DNA from: an uncultured Nitrospiraceae bacterium
Lineage (GTDB): Bacteria; Nitrospirota; Thermodesulfovibrionia; Thermodesulfovibrionales; SM23-35
Assembly (NCBI GenBank): GCA_963727775.1
Contig: CAVSHB010000003.1
Span: 288,001 to 352,000, forward strand
Direction of reading: 5' to 3'
DNA: 64,000 nucleotides
Shown: positions 40,491 through 50,240 of the stretch, piece after piece
Numbering within the stretch: the stretch's first letter is position 1
How the letters are laid out: each line of letters opens with the position of its first letter
Position numbers and translations under genes: made by a program
The notes under the pieces: generated by a model
What the model saw: only the letters and a program-made list of their open reading frames with translations
What the model was told of the DNA's origin: nothing
Databases searched by the model: none

Positions 40491-42124
40491 CCTAAAAAAA
40501 GCGGTACGGGATACACATAAGGGGCGAAGCATGCAATAATAAACGGAAAAAGAGTGGCAGGAGGGTTCACCTAATGGGTGAGGCAAAACGGCGTGCGATA
40601 GCAAGGAGCAACTCAGTAGGAATTGATACATATGCGGGGAAGATACACGTAGAATGGGACCCTGATGCAGCTGTTACCCCATTGGGGCAGTTGCCATTTT
40701 TCATAGAATTTCTGAAAGTCAGCGGGTTGTTTGATTCCTTTGTAAAAGAGTGTCCCCTCTCCTATAGCAGCCCGAATGCGCCGAAGAAGAGAAACGTGTT
40801 AGGCACTCTCATGCTTTCGATACTTGCGGGACATAAGCGATATGCACATATCGCAGCGATACGAAGTGATGGAGTGAATCCCGAGTTATTGGGGATGGAT
40901 AAGATAATCAGTGAAGATGCGGCGCGTCGGGCCTTATTGCAGATAGAAGAAGGGACTGGGATACAATGGCTTGAATCAGAGCTTGCACGCTGCACGATGC
41001 CTGTATTATCGGCAGTATCAGGCCCCTCCTGGATACTTGATACGGACACGACGGTAAAGTGTCTGTATGGCAAACAAGAGGGGGCAGTTGTGGGATATAA
41101 TCCTAAGAAACCTGGGCGGCCCTCACACAGTTACCACAGTTATTTTATGGCAAACACACGATTAGCGTTAAAGGTAGAAGTGAAGGCGGGCAATGAGACC
41201 GCATCGAGTCACAGCACGGCTGGATTATGGGAATTGGTAGAGAGTATTCCCCGGGATAATCGGCCGGCCTTCATCCGTGGAGATATAGCGTTTGGAGTAG
41301 AGGGAGTGTTATCAGAGGCAGAAAAACGTAGTATACATTATGTCACAAAGCTGAGGATTACGAAGAATGTAAAAAGATTGATCGAGAGAATGTTTGAGAT
41401 GGAAGAATGGGTAAAAGCCGGTGCCGGATACTATGGAATGGAGTCAGAGCTGAAGTTATTTGGGTGGAGCCGTAGTCGCCGGGTGATCGTGCTGCGCCGA
41501 CCTATACCTGGGGATATTCTTTTGCAGAAAAAAGGGAAAGATCAAATGGAGATGAGTTTCATCGAGACACAAGGGGGAGTGGCTAAGTATGAGTACACGG
41601 TGCTGGTGACTTCTCTTTCTGATGAGGTATCAAGTATTGCACAGCATTACCGGGATCGTGCAGACAGTGAAAATATCTTTGACGAGTTAAAGAATCAGTG
41701 GGGCTGGGGCGGATATACGACAAAGGATTTGAAGCGATGCCGCATGATTAGTCGCATGGTAGCTCTTGTATATAACTGGTGGTCGCTGTTTGTGCGCCTG
41801 GCCAATCCAAATAAACATCATGAGGCAATAACGAGCAGACCGTTGCTGTTACACGCAGTTGCGAAACAGACAAAACATGGGGGACAGACTTTTCTGACTA
41901 TTACCAGTCCTCATGCAAAGGCTGAAAAGGTGCGGGGAGCATTGTTACGACTATCACTGTTCCTCGGGGATATTAGGACCACTGCGGAGCAGTTGAATAT
42001 CGCTGAGCGGATGAGGATTGTAGCAATGCATGCTTTTAGAAAAATCATCGGCCCTTTGAACATAAATTCAGGGAAATTGCTCCCTCAAACTGGTGTGGCA
42101 TGATCTCTAACTGCTTTTTTTAGG
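40491..42124 (+). mobile_element. IS1380-family insertion sequence (different subgroup)
   Basis: Inverted repeats CCTAAAAAAAGCGGT / ACTGCTTTTTTTAGG; flanks TTAAT / TTGAT. Confidence 0.88.
40574..42103 (+). CDS. IS1380-family DDE transposase
   Basis: LDTDTT..LYGKQEG...YNP, RGDIAF, YRDRADSENIFDELK. Confidence 0.9.
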   Translation: MGEAKRRAIARSNSVGIDTYAGKIHVEWDPDAAVTPLGQLPFFIEFLKVSGLFDSFVKECPLSYSSPNAPKKRNVLGTLMLSILAGHKRYAHIAAIRSDGVNPELLGMDKIISEDAARRALLQIEEGTGIQWLESELARCTMPVLSAVSGPSWILDTDTTVKCLYGKQEGAVVGYNPKKPGRPSHSYHSYFMANTRLALKVEVKAGNETASSHSTAGLWELVESIPRDNRPAFIRGDIAFGVEGVLSEAEKRSIHYVTKLRITKNVKRLIERMFEMEEWVKAGAGYYGMESELKLFGWSRSRRVIVLRRPIPGDILLQKKGKDQMEMSFIETQGGVAKYEYTVLVTSLSDEVSSIAQHYRDRADSENIFDELKNQWGWGGYTTKDLKRCRMISRMVALVYNWWSLFVRLANPNKHHEAITSRPLLLHAVAKQTKHGGQTFLTITSPHAKAEKVRGALLRLSLFLGDIRTTAEQLNIAERMRIVAMHAFRKIIGPLNINSGKLLPQTGVA

Positions 42125-42408
42125 TTGATAGATGCCGGGAAAAAAGCCATAACTCGCGGATGGCATCTGCTTCTCCCTTGATAGATTCAACGAGATGATT
42201 CCAGTTTTCCCACTCTTTCTGAATGGTAAAGGCAGCAAGGATGCTGAAGATAAGACATATGGCTGAGTAGAGCTAGGGTATCCCGCCTAAATCCCGTAAA
42301 TCCAATAATAGAATTCTTCCGTGATCAATTGTTCGCATCAACCAGAATACTAAAGAAAAAATAATAAAAAAGAGAATTATTTTTGGAATAAATTTCATTT
42401 AGGAGGTC

Positions 42409-42840
42409 TTAAGGCTTTGAACTGAAGCCTCTCCTCATCATGCGTCCTTTCCAAAGAGGCATGCAGGAAGAATCCCTGAGAGGCGTGATCTTCCCAGTCG
42501 AAAGATTTTTGAGACGGCTCGCGACGATATATAGATTTCCATCACGAGCGATATATTTCGATCCGGTAACTTCATAGGATATTCCGGATCTGAACTCAAT
42601 GCCTTCCCTGGCGATGTACCACGGCGGTGCGGTGACGACTCTATAATCCTTAACTCCGGATTTAAGAATTATAATCACCGGACCTCTCATCTCCCGCATA
42701 ACTTCTCGCACTGTCCCTTTTATAGTTACCTCGGTATTTTCATCGTACCCTTCTCCGCCTTCGCTTTCCGCATAAGCAGCAGAAAAGAGAAAAAATATTA
42801 AAAAATAAGCCAGCAAACCACTTTTTGTGTAACTGTTCAT
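42409..42840 (-). CDS. Exported protein, probable OB fold
   Basis: Signal peptide; YD..TEVTIKGTV...APPWY...VTGS...LRD...PLW. Confidence 0.7.
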   Translation of the reverse strand: MNSYTKSGLLAYFLIFFLFSAAYAESEGGEGYDENTEVTIKGTVREVMREMRGPVIIILKSGVKDYRVVTAPPWYIAREGIEFRSGISYEVTGSKYIARDGNLYIVASRLKNLSTGKITPLRDSSCMPLWKGRMMRRGFSSKP

Positions 42841-42945
42841 GCTTTCCCTAATAATACCTGATTTTGATCTTGCGTTTTGTTCTTTAACGCGAAGATGGCG
42901 AGGACACAGATTGCGTGTACTCTCTGTGTCCTCCCTTTGTTCCTG

Positions 42946-43344
42946 CTAAATCCTGCCCATTCCGCCCATGTGTCCTGAGCCATATCCGCAAGTACCGCAT
43001 CCACCGCTAAAACCGCTTGTCGCCGCCCTTTTCTGTATTTCGGTCCTTACGTCAACCATCTCCTTCCGTTTGGCCGAAATTGCGTTCCAATCAGTCGGCG
43101 TCTGCGTTCGCAGAGTCATCAGTTCCGTCCTGAGTTGAAGCATCTTCTGCTTCAGCGGCAGGATGTCTGTTTGAAACTTGGCGAACTTCTGGGACTGCTC
43201 AGGCGTTACGGTCGCTGCCGCCCCTGGGCATGTCCCGTAACCTGCGCCCATTCCCCGGCCATAGCCAGGGCCGAAAGCAAAGGCTGCGGTGACGACTATT
43301 GCGACTATTGCGACTACTAACCCTGCAATAAGACCTCTTTTCAT
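42946..43344 (-). CDS. ZraP/Spy/CpxP-like periplasmic protein
   Basis: Signal peptide, Gly-rich GPGYGRGMG, TPEQ helical core, Gly/Cys/Met-rich tail. Confidence 0.82.
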   Translation of the reverse strand: MKRGLIAGLVVAIVAIVVTAAFAFGPGYGRGMGAGYGTCPGAAATVTPEQSQKFAKFQTDILPLKQKMLQLRTELMTLRTQTPTDWNAISAKRKEMVDVRTEIQKRAATSGFSGGCGTCGYGSGHMGGMGRI

Positions 43345-43389
43345 GCTGATCACCCCTTTCTGTGGTCAATTTCATCCTGACCATAGTAA

Positions 43390-43406
43390 AGCAATCATCA
43401 TGCCGG
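43390..43406 (-). promoter_or_regulatory. Sigma54 -24/-12 promoter
   Basis: Minus strand CCGGCATGATGATTGCT = GG-N10-GC upstream of the ZraP-like gene. Confidence 0.8.
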
Positions 43407-43457
43407 AATAAAACGTACTGATTTATTGAGTTTTTTTCAACAAAGCATCTGTTTGTC

Positions 43458-43492
43458 TGCAAATATTGCGCTAAATTAGTGCAATATTTGCG
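43458..43492. promoter_or_regulatory. Tandem palindromic enhancer sites (UAS) for the NtrC-family regulator
   Basis: TGCAAATATTGCG-CTAAATTAG-TGCAATATTTGCG about 55 bp upstream of the sigma54 promoter. Confidence 0.7.
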
Positions 43493-43500
43493 TCACGACA

Positions 43501-44832
43501 TCATGTGATGTCATATTCCTTAATCTTGTACTGAAGAGACCTTAGGGATATGCCGAGCATCTCAGCCGCCCTCCTCCTATTCCCACCCGTACGGGAAAGT
43601 GTATTACTTATCGCTTCCTTTTCGATGGCCTTCAAATCTCCGCTGATTATTCGCTCGTGAGCCGGCTCGGAAATATAACCCATGCCGGAGATATGCAACT
43701 CCGGGCCTTTACTCACAATGATCGCACGCTCGATAACATTTTCCAGTTCGCGTATATTGCCTGGCCATGCATATTCCATCATCTCCTTCATGGCCGCGTC
43801 AGGAATGGTTTTCGGCTCCCTTCCAATCTTTCTTGAGATGATGTCGAGAAGATAATGCGTAATCTTTTCAAAATACTCCCTGCGTTCTCTCAGTGGTGGA
43901 ACTGAGATGGGGAAGACATTCAGACGATAAAAGAGGTCTTCCCTGAACTTTCCTTCTCTTACCATCAGCTTTAGATCCCTATTCGTAGCCGCGATAATCC
44001 GTGTATTTGTTTTGATCGTAATGAGTCCTCCGAGTCGTTCAAAGGTTCTTTCTTGGATGATCTTCAGGAGCTTGGCCTGCAGAGTCAGGCTTATCTCCGA
44101 TAATTCATCCAGCAGTATAGTGCCGTCATTGGCGAGCTCAAATTTGCCCTTTTTCTGAGCCAGTGCGCCTGTGAATGCGCCCTTCTCGTGACCGAAGAGC
44201 TCCGACTCGAGCAGATTTTCAGGAATGGCGGCGCAGTTGATATTCACAAAGGGCCCCTTCCTTCCGCTCAGGCGATGCAGAATCTTTGCCACCAGCGTCT
44301 TGCCTGTTCCAGTCTCGCCGTAAAGCATAACCGTAGTATCCGTCGGAGCAACATCCTTTACCTCCCTTAACACGCTGTCCATTCCGGCAAACACGATCTC
44401 GATGGAAGGAATGTCTTCAAGAAGGGCTGATTTCAAGAGAGCATTCTCGCTGAGGAGAACCTGATGCTCAAAGACTTTGGCTACCGCAATCCTAAGCTGG
44501 TCCGGATCTTTGAGGGGCTTGGTAATGTAATCCACAGCGCCTCTTTTCATGGCTATGACCGCTGTCTCGACAGTAGCAAAGGCAGTAACCATGATGAAAT
44601 CGACTTTGCTGCCTTTCTTAACCTCTTCCATAAACCGGATGCCGTCCATCTTCGGCATTTTCAAATCAGAAATGATCAGATTGGGGTCGAAGGAATCCAG
44701 GACTTTCAGTGCGTCTTCGGGATCAGAGCGTCCCTTGACTGTATACCCCTCACCTTCAAGAATTTTTGTCATCAGAAGAAGAAAGGATTTTTCATCATCT
44801 ACGATAAGTATCCTGAAATTCTCCTTATTCAT
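43501..44832 (-). CDS. Sigma54-dependent NtrC/ZraR-family response regulator
   Basis: REC domain, GETGTGK, ESELFGHEKGAFTGA, WPGNIREL, Fis-type HTH. Confidence 0.96.
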   Translation of the reverse strand: MNKENFRILIVDDEKSFLLLMTKILEGEGYTVKGRSDPEDALKVLDSFDPNLIISDLKMPKMDGIRFMEEVKKGSKVDFIMVTAFATVETAVIAMKRGAVDYITKPLKDPDQLRIAVAKVFEHQVLLSENALLKSALLEDIPSIEIVFAGMDSVLREVKDVAPTDTTVMLYGETGTGKTLVAKILHRLSGRKGPFVNINCAAIPENLLESELFGHEKGAFTGALAQKKGKFELANDGTILLDELSEISLTLQAKLLKIIQERTFERLGGLITIKTNTRIIAATNRDLKLMVREGKFREDLFYRLNVFPISVPPLRERREYFEKITHYLLDIISRKIGREPKTIPDAAMKEMMEYAWPGNIRELENVIERAIIVSKGPELHISGMGYISEPAHERIISGDLKAIEKEAISNTLSRTGGNRRRAAEMLGISLRSLQYKIKEYDIT

Positions 44833-46111
44833 ATCGCCCCTTATTCAGTGCCGCGGGAAGCTCTATCCTGAAGACCGTCCCATTGGCTGGTTTGCTATCG
44901 AGTTCTATCCGCCCTCCCAGAACCTTTGTAAGCTTGTCGACGATTGCAAGCCCCAGGCCGGTCCCTTTCGCTTTAGTAGTAAAAAATGAGGCGAAAGCCA
45001 TGGACTTCGTCTTTTCGTCCATGCCGCAACCGTTATCGCTGATTATTATAATGATTTTCACTCCCGCCTGCAGTGCCCTTAGTTCGATAATGCCCCCCTC
45101 ATTAATAGCATCAGCAGCGTTCTGGAGTATGTTGGAAAGTATCTGATTTAGCTTTTCCCTATCCGATACAATCATAATGTCCCCGGGGACTGCGGTATTG
45201 ACCGTTATCGCAGTCTGCTTCACCCGGTCCGATTCTTGTAATACTTTCACCGATTCATTAGCCAACTCACGCAGACTGAATTCTTCTATCCTGGCTTCTG
45301 AAGGTTTTGCATACAAAAGTAGATCCTCCGTCAGACGTTCGAGTCTTCTTGCTTCATCGACAATAATACCGAGTTCTTCTTTGCCTTCCGCACTTTTTTC
45401 CGTAAGATACTGGGCGAACCCCTTGATACTTCCTATAGGATTTCTGATTTCATGAGCAAGAACCGCAGCCATTTCTCCGATAACGGCAAGTCTCTCTTTG
45501 TCCGCCATCAAGACAGTGAGTTCGTCGGACCGTCTAACTGCCTTGATAAAGAAAAAACCCATGACCCACAGGACGACTATCGTTATAAGGATACTTATGG
45601 CCTGGAGCCTGGCCTGCCGCGTAATGTTCTGTGCGGGATAGGGATGAAGGGCAAGTCTCAGGACCTTGACGGAATCCGGCGTATGTATCGGATAATTGAG
45701 CATGAAGATCTCCTCGCCGGTCCCAAGAATCATGTGGCCAAATACCGGCTTTCCGTCGCCGGCTGATCTCTTGATATCCGGCGAATCAATGCGTTGCCCG
45801 ACCAGATTTTCATTCGAGTGAAGAAGGGTCAACCCGCTCTTGTCATAGAGCGCAATAAAGGCAATCCCTTCCCACGACGAATCTGTGACAATCTCCTTGA
45901 AAATGCCTTCCTTTACTTGTGCCGCCTGCACGGAAGGTTCGAGGCTCGCCGCTATGCCCAGTGCCTGAAGCTTAAGGGATTCTTCCGCTGCCCTAACGGA
46001 ATTCCGGTAGATGATGAGAGTGCTAAACAGCGTTGCAAGGGATGCGACTGCTATAATAATGATGAAATAAACATGGGTCTTTTTAGGTTTCTTTTCGCCT
46101 GCATCGGGCAT
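44825..46111 (-). CDS. Sensor histidine kinase (ZraS-like)
   Basis: Two TM segments, AHEIRNP, N box, DNGCG, GTGLGL. Confidence 0.93.
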   Translation of the reverse strand: MPDAGEKKPKKTHVYFIIIIAVASLATLFSTLIIYRNSVRAAEESLKLQALGIAASLEPSVQAAQVKEGIFKEIVTDSSWEGIAFIALYDKSGLTLLHSNENLVGQRIDSPDIKRSAGDGKPVFGHMILGTGEEIFMLNYPIHTPDSVKVLRLALHPYPAQNITRQARLQAISILITIVVLWVMGFFFIKAVRRSDELTVLMADKERLAVIGEMAAVLAHEIRNPIGSIKGFAQYLTEKSAEGKEELGIIVDEARRLERLTEDLLLYAKPSEARIEEFSLRELANESVKVLQESDRVKQTAITVNTAVPGDIMIVSDREKLNQILSNILQNAADAINEGGIIELRALQAGVKIIIIISDNGCGMDEKTKSMAFASFFTTKAKGTGLGLAIVDKLTKVLGGRIELDSKPANGTVFRIELPAALNKGRYE

Positions 46112-46368
46112 ATATTTGAATTATACACCAAAAAGTTTGATCTGACTCATGCCGCCTTTTGCTCTCCGAATAGAGACAAGAATTCTGACAACTGACGATG
46201 AATTGAACGTCAAATGTGGCTATGGCTGTGACTTTGGGGCTCAAACTTAGAAGTGGCTGACATTTTCAGCTTTGTCAAATCATCAGGCTATGAATCATGC
46301 AGTAGCACTTCAATAATTCGCACATAAGGAAACAATTTCACTTAGTGTTTTAGCCGCCATCTTACATC

Positions 46369-46412
46369 TTCACAATTTTTTAACATTATCTTCATCGATT
46401 CTTCATAATTTT
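46369..46412 (+). promoter_or_regulatory. 11-bp-period TTCA direct repeats (Pho box/OmpR-type)
   Basis: TTCA at 46369, 46391 and 46402; TCTTCATCgaTTCTTCATAATTTT nearly identical to 48954-48977. Confidence 0.55.
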
Positions 46413-46836
46413 CTCTTATCCTAAATCCATTAGTAAATCCTTTTGACTGGCAGCCAGTCCTCCCCCCTATAGACTGGCTGCCCTCCCTCCCTTAGTATTT
46501 CTCAACTGATATGCTTGGAAACGCCTTGTAATGTACCGATAGAGGGCACGCTTTCACATAGAAGTCTAAAACTCAGACCTCTGCTGATTACTGGAAAAAA
46601 CTCACAACTCAATACTCCAATAATCGGGGGAAGCGCTGTCTCAAAATGAGTTATTAATATTTATCCACGTATCCATTTTTTCATTTGATAATGAACCTCC
46701 CCGCCGCAGAGACGGCGGGGTATCTCGGAAAACTCTCACCAGCGATGGCATCTTTAAATTTTGAACAGTTTTAGCTGACCTGTGCGCCGCTCTATTTCAG
46801 ACTTATCCAAAGTCTGATTCCTTATGTATCGCTTAA

Positions 46837-48457
46837 CCCAAAAAGTGCAGTTGACCTAAAATAATATCCCCGAAGAAATTCTCCTTTCGTATTAGAATCA
46901 ATAGGTTTGAGCGACCATCAACTCTAAACGAAAGGAGAATAGAAATATGCAGTCAAAATGTAGCACAAACATCGAAATAAATAAAGTAAGGATTGGATTT
47001 ACGGAGAAGAAGATGACGGCATATGGGGGATTCAGTTTATTGGCGGCATTTTTTGAAAAGATCAAATTGAGAGGAATTTTGCAAGAGGTGATCCCGGTCC
47101 ACGAGAGTTCTCCCAATGGAATGGGGATATACAGCAAGGTATTGGCGTACATCCTTCTGATCTATGCGGGAGGCAGCAGGTTTTCTCATTTACTTTATCT
47201 TGGTTGGCAGGAGATTTTCACAGATCTTTTTGCAGTGAAGAGGCTTCCTTTGGCCTCTACGACATTGGGCAGGCTTTTCAGGAAAATCAGGAAGCTGAAG
47301 GAAGTGGAAACGATGTCGGAAGGGCTATGGGGATATTTGAAGAGATTGATTCCATGGGAGGAGATCAAAGAGGACTGGCTGACGTTTGATTCTACAGTGC
47401 TTGAGCGATATGGCAAACAGGAGGGGGCAAAGAGGGGATATAACCCGAAGAAGAAAGGGCGTGGGAGCCATAGCCCGCTTCTGGCATTTCTTAACAGAAG
47501 CAAGTATGTGATACATCTGTGGAACCGTCCCGGCAATGTGATGTCATGGAATAATATCATTGGATTTTTCGAGTCCACATGGCACAGGATTAGCGGGCAT
47601 ATCGATATTAAGGGCGTTATTGCGGACAGCGGATTTTATCTCAGAGAATTTATCGAACTTTTGGAGCGGAGAAAATTAATCTATATCATAGCCGCTCGCC
47701 TATACCGTCCTTTGCAGAGGATGGTTTATGCACAACAAAACTGGAAGCGGATAGAAGAGGGGATATGGATCACGGAGTTCTTTTTCCAGCATGTCGATTG
47801 GATAACCGACAGGAGATTCATTGCAGTCCGGCAGGATATAAAGAAGAGGCCGCATGCGATGGGGAAGGAGTTATCTCTTTTTAGAGATGAGTTTGATACA
47901 GGGAATTATCGTTACAGCGTATGGATAACCAATTCACATGATCCCGCATATGATGTATGGAAGCAGTGCAGGCCGAGGGCAAACGATGAGAATACCATCA
48001 AGGAACTGAAAGAGGATTTTGCGCTTGGAGGGTTCTCGATGAAGTATTTCTATTCAACAGAGGCGGCAATGCTTATTCGGGTATTCATCTACAATCTGTT
48101 TGTCCTGTTTCGACATCAGATACTGGGCCAGAAAGAAAAGATAGAACGCTTGAAGACCTTGCGGTATAAGTATTTTGTACTACCCGCCCAATTGGGAGGA
48201 AACGGCAGAACGCTGGTATTGAGGATCTCCGTCTTTACACAGAAAGTACGATCAAAACTTTTATACCTCTTTAGCCGCATAGGACAATACTTTCCGCCAG
48301 GTCTGGATACCTGCACTGCAGTTGCAAGATGACAATAAACTTCAAAAGGAGGCGGATCAAGAAACAGTGTAAAGATTAGCTTTGCTAATGCTAATTCCGG
48401 GATTGCCTTGATAGGCTTGGATCTATAGGCATGTCTTTTCCAATTGCACTTTTCGGG
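46837..48457 (+). mobile_element. IS1380-family insertion sequence, copy B
   Basis: Inverted repeats CCCAAAAAGTGCA / TGCACTTTTCGGG; target duplication TTAA at 46833-46836 and 48458-48461. Confidence 0.92.
46947..48332 (+). CDS. IS1380-family DDE transposase
   Basis: Close homolog of 4057-5439. Confidence 0.93.
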   Translation: MQSKCSTNIEINKVRIGFTEKKMTAYGGFSLLAAFFEKIKLRGILQEVIPVHESSPNGMGIYSKVLAYILLIYAGGSRFSHLLYLGWQEIFTDLFAVKRLPLASTTLGRLFRKIRKLKEVETMSEGLWGYLKRLIPWEEIKEDWLTFDSTVLERYGKQEGAKRGYNPKKKGRGSHSPLLAFLNRSKYVIHLWNRPGNVMSWNNIIGFFESTWHRISGHIDIKGVIADSGFYLREFIELLERRKLIYIIAARLYRPLQRMVYAQQNWKRIEEGIWITEFFFQHVDWITDRRFIAVRQDIKKRPHAMGKELSLFRDEFDTGNYRYSVWITNSHDPAYDVWKQCRPRANDENTIKELKEDFALGGFSMKYFYSTEAAMLIRVFIYNLFVLFRHQILGQKEKIERLKTLRYKYFVLPAQLGGNGRTLVLRISVFTQKVRSKLLYLFSRIGQYFPPGLDTCTAVAR

Positions 48458-48944
48458 TTAATCACTTCTTCATTTGTTGCATCCCCGACCGTTCCTATGT
48501 CCTTGCCGTCACTCCAGAATTCTCCACCCCACAATTCTACTTTCTTCATCTTCGGAAATTCTTCGAATACTCGTTTCGCCGTTATCGACTTAATTACGTT
48601 CAGCACCTGACTCGGGCTATATTGCGGTTGAGCACCGCAGAAGATATGTATATGATCCTCATCAAATCCAATTTCATCGATTACAATATTGTACCGTTCA
48701 GTAATTCCCCTCATTGTCTCTCTGATACATTTCTCAACTTCCTCATTCAACAAAACCTTACGGTACTTTACAGCAGTCACCAAATGGTATCGAATCTTAT
48801 AGACCGCATGAGGCCTCTTTCCCAGTTCCATTGTAACAGCATTATAATCCCCCAAACCCCCTTTTCAAAAGGGGGTTCACGGTTTCCCCGCCGCAGAGAC
48901 AGCGGGGTATATAATTTAATCAATATAAAAACTATGTTCAGATT

Positions 48945-48977
48945 TTCATATTTTCTTCATCACTTCTTCATAATTTT
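48945..48977 (+). promoter_or_regulatory. 11-bp-period TTCAT direct repeats (Pho box/OmpR-type) upstream of the AAA ATPase
   Basis: TTCAT at 48945, 48956 and 48967. Confidence 0.6.
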
Positions 48978-49024
48978 GAGACTAAAATTAGAACGAAAAA
49001 AAGAAAAACGAAAAGAGGTAAGAC

Positions 49025-50107
49025 ATGAACAAAGCTGTACTGGAGACACCGTCGCCGGAAGAATGTGCGAGTACCGTCTTTGAAATTAGCGGCACAAAAT
49101 TTGATCCGGATATTGCTGCTGATCTTTGGTCAAAAATATTGCAGCATAAATGGCTCATGTCTGAAAAACTCGGCCGTGATGTGGGAGTGCGGATTGCTTG
49201 TATCGACTTTCTCGAAAACATGGAGCAGGCCCTTAAGGAATATATGGACTATAAGAGAAAAGATATCTTAACTGAGTTGGGAGCTCAGATCGTTAGCAGA
49301 GAAATATGGGACACTATATCCCATTCCCAGCCTCCGAAGCAATTGGTTCAACGGAGAATTATTCTACCTTTAAAAGAAGAGGGCCTTTCTAAAAAGCATG
49401 GTGTAATTCCTCCAAAGACCATCATTTTCTTTGGGCCTCCAGGCACTGGAAAAACCCATTTTGTAAAGGCCATAGCAGGTATTTTGTCATGGTGGTATAT
49501 CGAAATTTTGCCCAGCATGCTCATGGCGGATGGTGTCGAAAAGATTGGAGTTAATTTACACAAAATAATGGAGAAGGCCCGAAATCTGGAAGAAGTAGTT
49601 ATTTTTATTGACGAGTTTGAAGAGATTGCGGCCAGCCGGGATATAGCAACACGTGTTGACAAGTCAATTACAAATGAATTTCTTAAACAGGTCCCTCTAC
49701 TCAAAAATCAGGGAAACAAAGTCTTACTCGTGTGTGCCACCAACTATATCCGACAATTGGATGCCGCGCTGCTTCGACCGGGAAGGTTTGATTGCATTAT
49801 ACCTGTTGGTGGTCTGGACGAAGCTGGAAGAAGAACGATCTTGGAACATTACATGTCCAAGCTCAATACGGAAGAGATCGATCTGAATCTAATTATCAAT
49901 ATGACATCAAGGTTTACTCCTGCAGATATAGAGTATCTTTTTCAGCAGGTGGCTCAATTTGCTTTTGAGCAGGAATATACAAACGGACGAGATTATCAGG
50001 TAACCACAGATACCTTTATCCAAATTTTACCCAAAATACGACCCTCTCTGACAGACGAAATTATTGAAGAGTTTCAAAAGGACAGTATTACATATTCCCG
50101 AACCTAA
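49025..50107 (+). CDS. AAA+ ATPase with a DUF4032-like N-terminal domain
   Basis: HKWLMSEKLGRDVG N-terminus; GPPGTGKT, FIDEFE, ATN..LDAALLRPGRFD. Confidence 0.88.
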   Translation: MNKAVLETPSPEECASTVFEISGTKFDPDIAADLWSKILQHKWLMSEKLGRDVGVRIACIDFLENMEQALKEYMDYKRKDILTELGAQIVSREIWDTISHSQPPKQLVQRRIILPLKEEGLSKKHGVIPPKTIIFFGPPGTGKTHFVKAIAGILSWWYIEILPSMLMADGVEKIGVNLHKIMEKARNLEEVVIFIDEFEEIAASRDIATRVDKSITNEFLKQVPLLKNQGNKVLLVCATNYIRQLDAALLRPGRFDCIIPVGGLDEAGRRTILEHYMSKLNTEEIDLNLIINMTSRFTPADIEYLFQQVAQFAFEQEYTNGRDYQVTTDTFIQILPKIRPSLTDEIIEEFQKDSITYSRT

Positions 50108-50240
50108 ACGAATGAAGAAGATACGGGAGATTATGATTATTCTTTAAATCACTTTGGAAGAAATACTCGGAGGCGATAAAGCATAACCGTGACCTTAAGA
50201 ATGATAAGACTTTAACGCAATATGGTATAAGTAAAGGTAT

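Larger units (their letters stand above)
40013..42398 (-). pseudogene. DUF4239-like membrane protein, split by IS1380 and carrying an in-frame TAG
   Basis: MKFIPKII...GGIP*LYSAI...LFSRHLS | NDIQGN...IDDLDNPF; the frame rejoins after removing the IS and one 5-bp duplicate; TAG at 42275-42273. Confidence 0.8.
46754..48831 (-). pseudogene. tnpA: IS200 Y1 transposase TnpA, split by IS1380
   Basis: HAVY..RYHLV..VKYR, DHIH, LWGGEFWS ... NEEVI|KRYIRNQ; the catalytic Tyr lies beyond the insertion. Confidence 0.88.
46692..48910 (-). mobile_element. IS200-type element with subterminal hairpins, disrupted by IS1380
   Basis: CCCCGCCGCAGAGAC(G/A)GCGGGG hairpins in direct orientation at 46699-46720 and 48886-48907, flanking tnpA. 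Confidence 0.85.

Noticed and set aside
5752..42275. Amber recoding (pyrrolysine or alternative code) suggested by two in-frame TAGs
   Set aside because: Both TAGs are in or beside IS-disrupted genes, TAG ends intact genes such as pit and waaA, and no pyl genes are in the window
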